Shown here: positions 8,142 through 15,849 of the stretch, in pieces | How positions within the stretch are numbered: position 1 is the stretch's first letter | How the letters are laid out: the number at the start of each line of letters is the position of its first letter | DNA from: Campylobacterota bacterium | GTDB taxonomy: Bacteria; Campylobacterota; Campylobacteria; Campylobacterales; Sulfurovaceae | Direction of reading: 5' to 3' | DNA length: 16,207 nucleotides | Assembly: GCA_034722955.1 (NCBI GenBank) | Contig: JAYEOM010000048.1 | Span: forward strand, 1-16,207 | The notes under the pieces: generated by a model | The model's database searches: none | What the model was told of the DNA's origin: nothing | The model's input: the letters and a program-made list of their open reading frames with translations, nothing else | Translations under genes and position numbers: made by a program

Positions 8142-8615
8142 TTAGCCTTCACATCCACCTTTAGCAACATCAAGTGATTTAGATCCTATATAAAATTTAC
8201 CATCAAGACCCTCTACGATAGCTGTAACTGTACCTTTCCCGCCATTCTCATCAGTAGCTTTGAGTTTTATTTTCATAAAATAGTCAATGATTCCATCTTC
8301 AGGAACATTAAATACTGCCGTTGCACTCTCTGGATTCATATTTTGAAAAACTGCTACAGATTTTGCAGCAATGTCAGACTTGATAGTTACAGGAACTGCC
8401 CCGCCACTGCTTGCTACTGCAGGTACATTAACATCTACACCCTCTTCTATAGGCTTGATATCACCAAAAAGTGCTTTGACTGCATCATCAACCGTATGTG
8501 CTGTCCAAGTATCCGGCTTTGTTGCTCTGAAATCAATAGCACTTATAGCACTCAATGTTGCAGGCAATGCAACCAATGCCATTACTCCCAAACCTAAAAA
8601 CTTTCTTCTTTCCAT
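8142..8615 (-). CDS. soxY: Sulfur carrier protein SoxY
   Basis: Tat signal MERRKFLG, P.VASSGGAVPVTI motif, C-terminal swinging arm VAKGGCEG. Confidence 0.95.
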   Translation of the reverse strand: MERRKFLGLGVMALVALPATLSAISAIDFRATKPDTWTAHTVDDAVKALFGDIKPIEEGVDVNVPAVASSGGAVPVTIKSDIAAKSVAVFQNMNPESATAVFNVPEDGIIDYFMKIKLKATDENGGKGTVTAIVEGLDGKFYIGSKSLDVAKGGCEG

Positions 8616-8651
8616 TTCGTTTCCTTTAATGCATATTTGTACATTTTATAT

Positions 8652-8681
8652 GATATACAAGAGATTTATATCTTGCATATC
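8652..8681 (-). other. Intergenic stem-loop between soxD and soxY
   Basis: Minus strand GAUAUGCAAGA-UAUAAAUC-UCUUGUAUAUC: 11-bp stem with one G-U pair that works only on the mRNA strand; no U-tract. Confidence 0.6.
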
Positions 8682-8718
8682 TATCTTATAGATTAATTGT
8701 GAAAAATCGTGTAGTTAA

Positions 8719-9849
8719 CTATTTACTTTTACCTAACATATAGTCTACCACCTCTTTGAGCTTGGCATCATCTAGAGATGTTCCGCCTTTTGCAGGCATT
8801 CCATTGATGCCATCAATAGCATTGGCATATACTTTATCTATACCTTTTTCCATTGCTTTAGCCCAAGCTTTTTTGTCGCCTACTGCCGGTGCACCCATGG
8901 CATCTGTCGCATGACATACTGCACATGATGCCTCATAGGCTTTCTGTCCAGGAGCTTCTGGAGCCTTCTCTACAACAGGAAGATCTTTTTTCATTGATAT
9001 GGGTGGCTGATAATCGCTGATTCCAGATCCACTTATTCTTGCGATTTCAGGCTCTCCATCAAAACACTCTTTCATACATCTTGTGCCATTTCCATAATTT
9101 TTAGTATCATTAAAATAAGCACGCACTCTATCTGGACCTTTTGGACCATCTATCTTAGGTTCAAAACCATCTTTGTTTGGCATGACAAGCTTCAAGAACT
9201 TTTCTCTATCTAGCTCATACTCATCATCTAGCTCTTCACCATCAATCATAAGCTCATTGATTGAGATAATGTAGGCAGATAGAGCATAAACTTCATCATT
9301 CGTCAAAGACATTGGTGCTGGGTGAGGCATTCCTGTTTTGATATACCACCAAAGTGTACTTGCTACAGGCCAATATGTTCCAAATACACGAATAGGCCCA
9401 TCATCATCAGGACCTTTTCTCTGATTTGTCAATGATTTTTGACCCTCATAAGCATTACCATCTTGCATTGCAGGATATCCTGCACCACCACTACCAAAGT
9501 CAAAGTGACAAGAGGCACACTTCGCCTCATAGATCTCATCACCCTCTTCAACTGTACCTTTGCCTTCCGGCAAGCCTCTACCATCAGGCATAATATCGAT
9601 ATCCCAAGCTTTGATCTCATTGGCAGTTGGCTCTCTACCAAGTGCAAATCCTTCTCCATTGGCTTTTTCATTGATATGATAGTCTGAGCTTTTCCCATCA
9701 ACTACAGGGTAAGTTACACCGCCATCGATAACTTTTTTTCCATTTTTATAGGTATTGGAGACACTTTTGTCTCCTGCCAATGCAACAGTTGATGTTACGG
9801 CAGCAACCAAAACCGTTGATAATAATATTTTATGATAAGACTTGAACAT
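8719..9849 (-). CDS. soxD: Diheme cytochrome c subunit of sulfane dehydrogenase, SoxD
   Basis: Sec signal; WDIDIMPDGRGLPEGKG; heme motifs CASCH and CAVCH; GTYWP..STLW.YI...MP; CMKEC motif; C-terminal c5-like domain; overlaps the soxC end by 20 nt. Confidence 0.93.
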   Translation of the reverse strand: MFKSYHKILLSTVLVAAVTSTVALAGDKSVSNTYKNGKKVIDGGVTYPVVDGKSSDYHINEKANGEGFALGREPTANEIKAWDIDIMPDGRGLPEGKGTVEEGDEIYEAKCASCHFDFGSGGAGYPAMQDGNAYEGQKSLTNQRKGPDDDGPIRVFGTYWPVASTLWWYIKTGMPHPAPMSLTNDEVYALSAYIISINELMIDGEELDDEYELDREKFLKLVMPNKDGFEPKIDGPKGPDRVRAYFNDTKNYGNGTRCMKECFDGEPEIARISGSGISDYQPPISMKKDLPVVEKAPEAPGQKAYEASCAVCHATDAMGAPAVGDKKAWAKAMEKGIDKVYANAIDGINGMPAKGGTSLDDAKLKEVVDYMLGKSK

Positions 9850-11143
9850 TGTTCACCTCTCCTTTTTCTGTAACTTCCCAAGTAGCAATACCATTTCTAT
9901 GATATACTGATTCAATACCCATGACATCTCTCTCCTGCTTAACACTAGGCTGAATATGACCTGCATCATCTCTTGCACGACTTGAGAGAAGTAGAGGTTT
10001 GCCTTCATACTTGTAGATATAGCTAAATCTAGTCCAAGCCTTTTGCAGTACCAATCCCTTAAGACTCGCCTCTACCCAGTTCTTACCACCATCAAAGGAG
10101 ATATCTACACCCTCTACAGTTCCCATTCCACTCCAAGCTAAACCCTCTATCTCAACGACATCACCCTTCTTGAGATCTCTCCATGGCTTATCAGGACATG
10201 GCGAAGTGATAACAGAGTTCACCTCATTAGCATAAAAGTGCTGAATCGCTTTACCGCTTGGTTTTAGAGCTGTATATTTTGCTGTCTCCTCTTTCGCATA
10301 GAAAGGCTCTGCAGCGAACTCCAATCTACCTAACCACTTAACACTGAGATTTCCCTCCCAGCCTGGAACAAGAAGTCTGATAGGATACCCCTGCTCAGGA
10401 CGCAGTGCTTCTCCATTTTGTCCCCAGACGATCATAGCATCATCCAAGACTTTATCTACAGGAACTGTTCTACCCATGTGAGAGTTATCCATACCCTCAG
10501 CCAGCATCCACAGTGCCTCTTTTTTTAGACCAAGATCTTTAATAAGATCTTTGATGTAGACACCTGTCCATTCAGCACAGCTCATCATACCTTTGGCAAA
10601 CTGAATTGATGGGAACTGAGGTCCTCTCCACTCTGGTCCACCATTGGCAGGACACTCTATAAAGTGGATTCTACTTACACTTGGATATTTTTTGAGTTCC
10701 TCCATAGTCAATACTAGTGGCTTTTCAACCAATCCATGTATCATAAGTCTATGCTCATTAGGATCTATTTCAGCAACACCGCCATGACTACGACTAAAGA
10801 ATAGACCATTTGGTGTAATAATACCACTCAAATCTTGAATAGGACACATAGCAATAGAGGCATAGTAGTTTCCAGATGATAAAAGTTTGGTATATCTTCT
10901 TGTAACATTATGCTCATATGGAGATGGTAGACCATAAAGGTTGTTTGTTACAGGGTAACCAAATGTTGTCCCCCATTTTTGCTCTTCCATGATCGCAGGA
11001 TCATCTTCTGCATTTATTTTCACCGGTGCCAATACGCTTGCTGCCGCTAATGCACTGATCGAATACGCCGCTGTTTTTCTAAAAAAGTCTCTTCTGCTTG
11101 TCTGTGTTACTTCAGTTTGAGAAGCATTACTTATCTTAGTCAT
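9830..11143 (-). CDS. soxC: Molybdopterin sulfane dehydrogenase subunit SoxC
   Basis: Tat motif SRRDFFR; GIITPNGLFFSRSHGG; Mo-ligand Cys in FIECPANG; QNGEALRPEQGYPIRLLVPGWEGN; RBS AGGAGG. Confidence 0.96.
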   Translation of the reverse strand: MTKISNASQTEVTQTSRRDFFRKTAAYSISALAAASVLAPVKINAEDDPAIMEEQKWGTTFGYPVTNNLYGLPSPYEHNVTRRYTKLLSSGNYYASIAMCPIQDLSGIITPNGLFFSRSHGGVAEIDPNEHRLMIHGLVEKPLVLTMEELKKYPSVSRIHFIECPANGGPEWRGPQFPSIQFAKGMMSCAEWTGVYIKDLIKDLGLKKEALWMLAEGMDNSHMGRTVPVDKVLDDAMIVWGQNGEALRPEQGYPIRLLVPGWEGNLSVKWLGRLEFAAEPFYAKEETAKYTALKPSGKAIQHFYANEVNSVITSPCPDKPWRDLKKGDVVEIEGLAWSGMGTVEGVDISFDGGKNWVEASLKGLVLQKAWTRFSYIYKYEGKPLLLSSRARDDAGHIQPSVKQERDVMGIESVYHRNGIATWEVTEKGEVNNVQVLS

Positions 11144-11207
11144 ATAACCTCCTTTTTTTATTGTAGTGTTCTTCCCTTCTTGATAGTCAGAATCACCATG
11201 ATGATCA

Positions 11208-11237
11208 ATTGTAATAGAAATAAAATTAAAATGTCAA
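11208..11237 (-). promoter_or_regulatory. Putative sigma70 promoter of soxCDYZ
   Basis: Minus strand TTGACA (11237-11232), 18-nt spacer, TACAAT (11213-11208), ~65 nt upstream of the soxC ATG. Confidence 0.6.
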
Positions 11238-11449
11238 GCAATATAAGTAAAATTTTCTTTTCTACTATTAAAATTGTTAAATATATACATAATTATTTAA
11301 TTTATCAATTTTAATCAACAAAATAAATCAATTAGTTCAAAAAGATTTATGCTACTCTTTAATAGTTGTGTTATTTTCCAATAAGATTAATAAATTATAA
11401 TTATAAGTTCTAGAGTAAATAGGAATGAAGGATTGTTGTTGTTCCAACA

Positions 11450-11471
11450 AGAAGAGAAATTCTCCTCTTCT
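11450..11471 (-). terminator. Possible terminator after the DUF302 gene
   Basis: Minus strand AGAAGAGGA-GAAU-UUCUCUUCU 9-bp stem 8 nt after the stop; weak U-tail (UGUU). Confidence 0.5.
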
Positions 11472-11479
11472 GTATTTGA

Positions 11480-12424
11480 CTATTTTTTAATGACTTTATC
11501 TAAAATTGTTTCAAATTTCTTCTGAGCATCCATAAGTACATCGATGGATTTTTGATCTTCTATATTGAGTGCTTCGATCCATTTATGAACATTTGTAAAT
11601 GCCATGTGAACCTTTTTTTCACCTTTTTTCTGATACATATACATGGAACAAGGACCAAATGCACCTGCTTCAGGATGTTTTTGAGATACTTGATATATGA
11701 CTGGTATCTTACAAATAGAGTAGACATCATAAAATGTATACCAATCTTTTTCATTTTCATCTAAGTCATAGTTGAGATCAGTAAAGGCAGCTGCTACAAA
11801 TTTATATCGTGCTACCTCTCCCTCAAATTCCATCTGGAACTCATCTTTAGCCTCTTCCCAATCATCACCTTTTAACTCAAAGGTAATACGAGTAACAACA
11901 TCATTTGTACTCTTTTTCATCTTGTAGTCAAGTGGCATATACTTGCCATTTGGCATCGCTTTTTTCAATCCCTCTTCTAGCTTTTTACCTAGGTCAACTA
12001 TAGCAGGATTATCTGCTGGTGCTCCGATTATTTTAGCGATTGCGGGTGCACTCAGATAGGCTACAGAGATGGTTTTATCTCCTTTTCTTGTATAGATAGA
12101 TGCTGTCATTGGTGAGTAGAGACCAACTTCAGGATAATCTTTTGCCAATGCCATTACTGTATCTTTTCTCCAAAGTACCATTAGATTATAAACATCAAAA
12201 TAGGTATTGTTAAAGTCACGCTTATATGGTGAATTCATATCATTATTTGCCTCTACCATAAAACCTTCTTTTTCAAGTACAGCTTGTATTGTTTTGGGTG
12301 TCAATTTCCCATCACTGTTGTCCGAGGTAAACACTTTTACATCGTGTGCTTGTGTAGCTCCAGATGCTATTGCACTAGCTACCAATAGCAGTGATAACAT
12401 CAAAATTTTTGAGATTGATCTCAT
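11480..12424 (-). CDS. Periplasmic tandem DUF302-domain protein
   Basis: Signal peptide ending AIA; domain 1 PEVGLYSPMTASIY; domain 2 IC-x20-PC (ICKIP...PEAGAFGPCSMYMY); RBS AAGGA. Confidence 0.82.
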   Translation of the reverse strand: MRSISKILMLSLLLVASAIASGATQAHDVKVFTSDNSDGKLTPKTIQAVLEKEGFMVEANNDMNSPYKRDFNNTYFDVYNLMVLWRKDTVMALAKDYPEVGLYSPMTASIYTRKGDKTISVAYLSAPAIAKIIGAPADNPAIVDLGKKLEEGLKKAMPNGKYMPLDYKMKKSTNDVVTRITFELKGDDWEEAKDEFQMEFEGEVARYKFVAAAFTDLNYDLDENEKDWYTFYDVYSICKIPVIYQVSQKHPEAGAFGPCSMYMYQKKGEKKVHMAFTNVHKWIEALNIEDQKSIDVLMDAQKKFETILDKVIKK

Positions 12425-12468
12425 TGTATTCCTTTATCTATGATAATGTAAATTCATACTAAATATTA

Positions 12469-12498
12469 TCCCAACAAATAATCTAATATTTGTTGGGA
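12469..12498. repeat. Perfect 12-bp inverted repeat in the DUF302 gene leader
   Basis: TCCCAACAAATA-ATCTAA-TATTTGTTGGGA, 45-74 nt upstream of the ATG at 12424. Confidence 0.75.
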
Positions 12499-12627
12499 CA
12501 CAATAGAATGTTGTTTATGATATCTAAACTTATTTTAACTTAGCATTAAATAAGATAACAGAATCTTGAAAATATAAATTTAATAATAGGTGGTGATAAG
12601 TGATAAAGAGGAAGTTAAATTAGTCCA

Positions 12628-12648
12628 ACAGAGGGAGGGACCCTCTGC
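12628..12648 (-). terminator. Probable terminator after the 12663..14243 porin gene
   Basis: Minus strand GCAGAGGG-UCCCU-CCCUCUGU GC-rich stem 14 nt after the stop; poor U-tail. Confidence 0.55.
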
Positions 12649-12662
12649 TATGAGATAAAATC

Positions 12663-14243
12663 TTAGAATCTATATCTAAGATAGAATCTAAAGTCATCCG
12701 CAGACTCTACGATACTAGGCAAGAAAGCCGAAGCTTGACCCATCTGCTGTGCCATAGCCATTGCTTGAGACTGTGACATACCGTTTGACATAAGGTTTCC
12801 AACAACTGTTTGTCCTGATGCAGGATCTGCCGTACCACCTAGTTGTGTCCACATTGCTGCACCCTCTTTTACATCGTTGATATCCATCGATGCGCCGGAA
12901 GTATTGCCAAAGAATCCTTGACTTCCTGTATAGTCATAATCTATACTTACATATCTTGCTTGAAGGCTCAAAGCTTTTGTGATCTGATAAGTGTAGTTAA
13001 GCTCCCATGCATCACCACGAGCAGCCATCTTGGAACCGATCATAGTATCTTCAGCATAAGTAAATGGTCTCCAATATTGAGAACCATGATTATACTCAAG
13101 TCCAAGTGTACCATAGTCTGAACCTTCACCCACAGGGAGGTAAGCACCAACCCAGTAGGAGTTACCTGTTTCACTATCCATAGAACCTAGCATCGCTTCA
13201 CCTGCAAATGGATCAGTCTTGCTCCAAGCTATTGAACCAAAGAGTTTTACATCTGAACCGTATCCATCATCGGTAACACCATCTACCAGAACAGAGAGTG
13301 CTGCACCATCCATATCACCATATTGTTTAAATCCAAGTTGTTGACCTGTAGTCATATCAACTTCCATACCTGGAAGATCAAACGCTCTAAACCAATTTGC
13401 TTTAACAATAAATTGACCATCATTATATGGTTCAAAAATAAATCCGCCCAAGCTGATAGGGTCAAGTCCGTTGGGATCTTCAGCATAAGGTGTTGAGTTT
13501 GCGAAGAGAGGTACGGCATTTGTAGAGCCCTGACCCATACAAACTTTGAAGCTCATACCGGCTACACCTGTTATTTTACTAAGATCAATCTTTGAACTTA
13601 AGCCATCAAACTCAACATTGATATTATGTCCCAAAGGTGAACTTGCAGGATCATCTTGACTTAAACTTGATAGGAAACCATTTGTTGAAGGTCTCCTTCC
13701 TATAGAGAATGTCCAGTCTATTCCCTGACCAAAGGCATCATCACCAAGATAGAGCCAGTATGCTTGCTTTACCTTCAATGAATTATCAGATAAAGCTTCA
13801 TTACCTGTCCAGTCAAACATTGACCCCATGCCAAATGCTCTGTTTGTTGACATATCTCCAAAGTCAGCACCAAATGCTTTATTCATGGAGAGTTGACCTT
13901 TGAAAATATTCTTTGCATCAGCTGCATACGCCATATTTAACCAAAGTCTCATAGACATAAGAGAGTCATTACCATAACTATTACCATCAGCCATATCATA
14001 ATTGATATTATCAATTGATGTTCTAAGATCTACACCCCATTTGATGTTATCCCCAGAACTTTGTGCCTTATTTTTACTTACTTGTCTCTTGAGCTTAGCG
14101 ATCTGCTTCTTTTGAGCCTCATTTTCACTTACTTGTTCTTTTTTAAGCTTATCTATCTGCCTCTGAAGATCTGCAATATCATCAGCAGTCGAACCGAATG
14201 CCATAGTTGCCGCTACAAGAGAGAGTGCTGCAATTTTTTTCAT
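12663..14243 (-). CDS. DUF3373-like outer-membrane beta-barrel (putative porin), 526 aa
   Basis: Start moved to MKKIAALS (ATG 14243, AAGGA at 14251-14255). Signal peptide, coiled coil (DDIADLQRQIDKLKKE), FSIGRRPSTNG, EYNHGSQYW, amphipathic strands, C-terminal beta-signal FYLRYRF. Confidence 0.82.
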   Translation of the reverse strand: MKKIAALSLVAATMAFGSTADDIADLQRQIDKLKKEQVSENEAQKKQIAKLKRQVSKNKAQSSGDNIKWGVDLRTSIDNINYDMADGNSYGNDSLMSMRLWLNMAYAADAKNIFKGQLSMNKAFGADFGDMSTNRAFGMGSMFDWTGNEALSDNSLKVKQAYWLYLGDDAFGQGIDWTFSIGRRPSTNGFLSSLSQDDPASSPLGHNINVEFDGLSSKIDLSKITGVAGMSFKVCMGQGSTNAVPLFANSTPYAEDPNGLDPISLGGFIFEPYNDGQFIVKANWFRAFDLPGMEVDMTTGQQLGFKQYGDMDGAALSVLVDGVTDDGYGSDVKLFGSIAWSKTDPFAGEAMLGSMDSETGNSYWVGAYLPVGEGSDYGTLGLEYNHGSQYWRPFTYAEDTMIGSKMAARGDAWELNYTYQITKALSLQARYVSIDYDYTGSQGFFGNTSGASMDINDVKEGAAMWTQLGGTADPASGQTVVGNLMSNGMSQSQAMAMAQQMGQASAFLPSIVESADDFRFYLRYRF

Positions 14244-14261
14244 TATTATATCCTTGTAATT

Positions 14262-14332
14262 TGTTTTGTCCAAAAACTCAATCGGTATAATATAGTAGTT
14301 GTGCTGATTGAGTACTTAATTAAGACAAAACA
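14262..14332. repeat. Nested inverted repeat upstream of the porin RBS
   Basis: Outer arms TGTTTTGTC (14262-14270) and GACAAAACA (14324-14332); inner arms 14276-14291 and 14298-14313 (12 Watson-Crick plus 4 G-T pairs on the plus strand). Confidence 0.65.
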
Positions 14333-14381
14333 TTATAAAATAGAGAAATAGTTTATTTGAAATAATTATAACTATAAGTAG

Positions 14382-14403
14382 AGACCCCAGAAACCTAGGG
14401 TCT
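14382..14403. terminator. Hairpin after the 14409..15809 porin gene, possibly bidirectional terminator
   Basis: Minus strand AGACCCUAG-GUUU-CUGGGGUCU 9-bp stem 5 nt after the stop; the T-tract is on the plus-strand side (14405-14410). Confidence 0.6.
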
Positions 14404-14408
14404 ATTTT

Positions 14409-15809
14409 TTAGTATGAGTAGGTGATGAAGAATCTTATATCTTGAGCTGTGATATCAACTTTTTTTGATTCAATCCAGCCGGCACAGTTTACATTTGGGG
14501 TGTAATCATGCTGTGCATATGTATATCTTATCTGCGATGGAAGATATTTTACACCAAAGAGATCAAAATTCCAGTATGCTTCATAAGCATCACCACGAAC
14601 AGCTATTTTAGAGCCCATAGCAGTATCTTCTGCCCAAGTCATCGGAGTCCAATATTTTGAACCATGGTTATACTCGAAACCGATCTTTCCGTTCTCAGTA
14701 ATCATGTCTGGTATGATTATACCAGCCCAAATAGAGCTACCGCTCTGGCTTCCACCATCTTCTGATCCTAGAAAACTATAACCAGCTTTTGCACTATAGT
14801 TAGTATAAGCACCTGAGACAAAAAAGGTTGTCTCATCTAGGAAGTCACTGATCCCGTCACCGATACCAGATACCTTAAGACCTACAGAGAATAGATCTGC
14901 TGTACCGGCTGCAGCTTTTTTACCACTTGACATATCTAATGGTTTACCTGCATCTATCCATGCATTATTTTGGGCTATATTTAAACCTTTTGAATTAAAG
15001 ATATGTGCCCACTGATACATTATCTCATATTGTCCATCATTGTAAGCACTACCCGGCATGACGAAAAAGTCAACATTTTTATCATCGCCATCCACTTCAC
15101 CATATGGAGCCCATGGATTACTACCCAATCCATACACATTTTCCACTTCACCTGTATGTGCACGACCAAAGACAAACTTAGTATAAGCACCCGGCATGAA
15201 ACGATCCCAGCTAAGCTTTACCATAGCTCCATTGACTTCCATATTTGTAATATGTGCCAATGGTGACCCCTGCCCTTCATTTTGCCTCATATTTGCCAAG
15301 AAACCTTTTGTTGAGGGTCTTCTACCTACTGAGAAACTGACAGGCTGCTCTCCCAACTCATAAGAATATACAAAATAAGCCTCTTTTATCCGCAAAACTG
15401 TATCAGTCGGCTTTGAACTTCCAGACCAATCCTTCAAGCCATTATCATCAACATAAAGGTGTGCTCCCCACATAGAGTAAACAGCTAGCCTACCTTTGAA
15501 GATCAAGCCACTCACGGGAGCAGCAGCCATATCAAGATATAGTCTACTCGTATATAGTGAGTTATTTGTAGCCTCTTCGCCAGTCTCATTATTTTTATAA
15601 CTTAAAGAGTCAACAGCATTTCTAAATTCAATACCAAACTTTACATTGTCACCAGCATGCTTAGCTTTAACCGTATTGAGTTTCTTGCTAGTTTTTGTCT
15701 GCTTCTTCTCCAGCTTCTCAATCCTCTCCTCTAGTTCTGCATTTGTTGCCGCCTGCAAACTTGCCACTGTAGCTGCCACTGCCAGTGAGATTGTTACAAT
15801 TTTTTTCAT
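14409..15809 (-). CDS. DUF3373-like outer-membrane beta-barrel (putative porin), paralogue 2
   Basis: Signal peptide, coiled coil (ELEERIEKLEKK), FSVGRRPSTKG, EYNHGSKYWTPMTWAEDTAMGSKIAVRGDAYE shared with the neighbour, C-terminal FFITYSY; RBS GGAG. Confidence 0.82.
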   Translation of the reverse strand: MKKIVTISLAVAATVASLQAATNAELEERIEKLEKKQTKTSKKLNTVKAKHAGDNVKFGIEFRNAVDSLSYKNNETGEEATNNSLYTSRLYLDMAAAPVSGLIFKGRLAVYSMWGAHLYVDDNGLKDWSGSSKPTDTVLRIKEAYFVYSYELGEQPVSFSVGRRPSTKGFLANMRQNEGQGSPLAHITNMEVNGAMVKLSWDRFMPGAYTKFVFGRAHTGEVENVYGLGSNPWAPYGEVDGDDKNVDFFVMPGSAYNDGQYEIMYQWAHIFNSKGLNIAQNNAWIDAGKPLDMSSGKKAAAGTADLFSVGLKVSGIGDGISDFLDETTFFVSGAYTNYSAKAGYSFLGSEDGGSQSGSSIWAGIIIPDMITENGKIGFEYNHGSKYWTPMTWAEDTAMGSKIAVRGDAYEAYWNFDLFGVKYLPSQIRYTYAQHDYTPNVNCAGWIESKKVDITAQDIRFFITYSY

Positions 15810-15840
15810 ACTACTCCACCCTTGTTATAATTTTGTAATT

Positions 15841-15849
15841 ATTATAGCA
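15841..15849 (-). promoter_or_regulatory. Extended -10 promoter of porin paralogue 2
   Basis: Exact TGCTATAAT on the minus strand 31 nt upstream of the ATG. Confidence 0.65.

Noticed and set aside
11117..11314. 65-aa plus-strand ORF in the soxC upstream region
   Set aside because: TTG start without RBS, overlaps the soxC start and promoter, and its composition reflects AT-rich intergenic DNA.
14244..14273. N-terminal extension MDKTNYKDII of the porin 1 ORF
   Set aside because: The ATG at 14243 has a well-spaced AAGGA and starts a clean signal peptide; the TTG at 14273 has neither.
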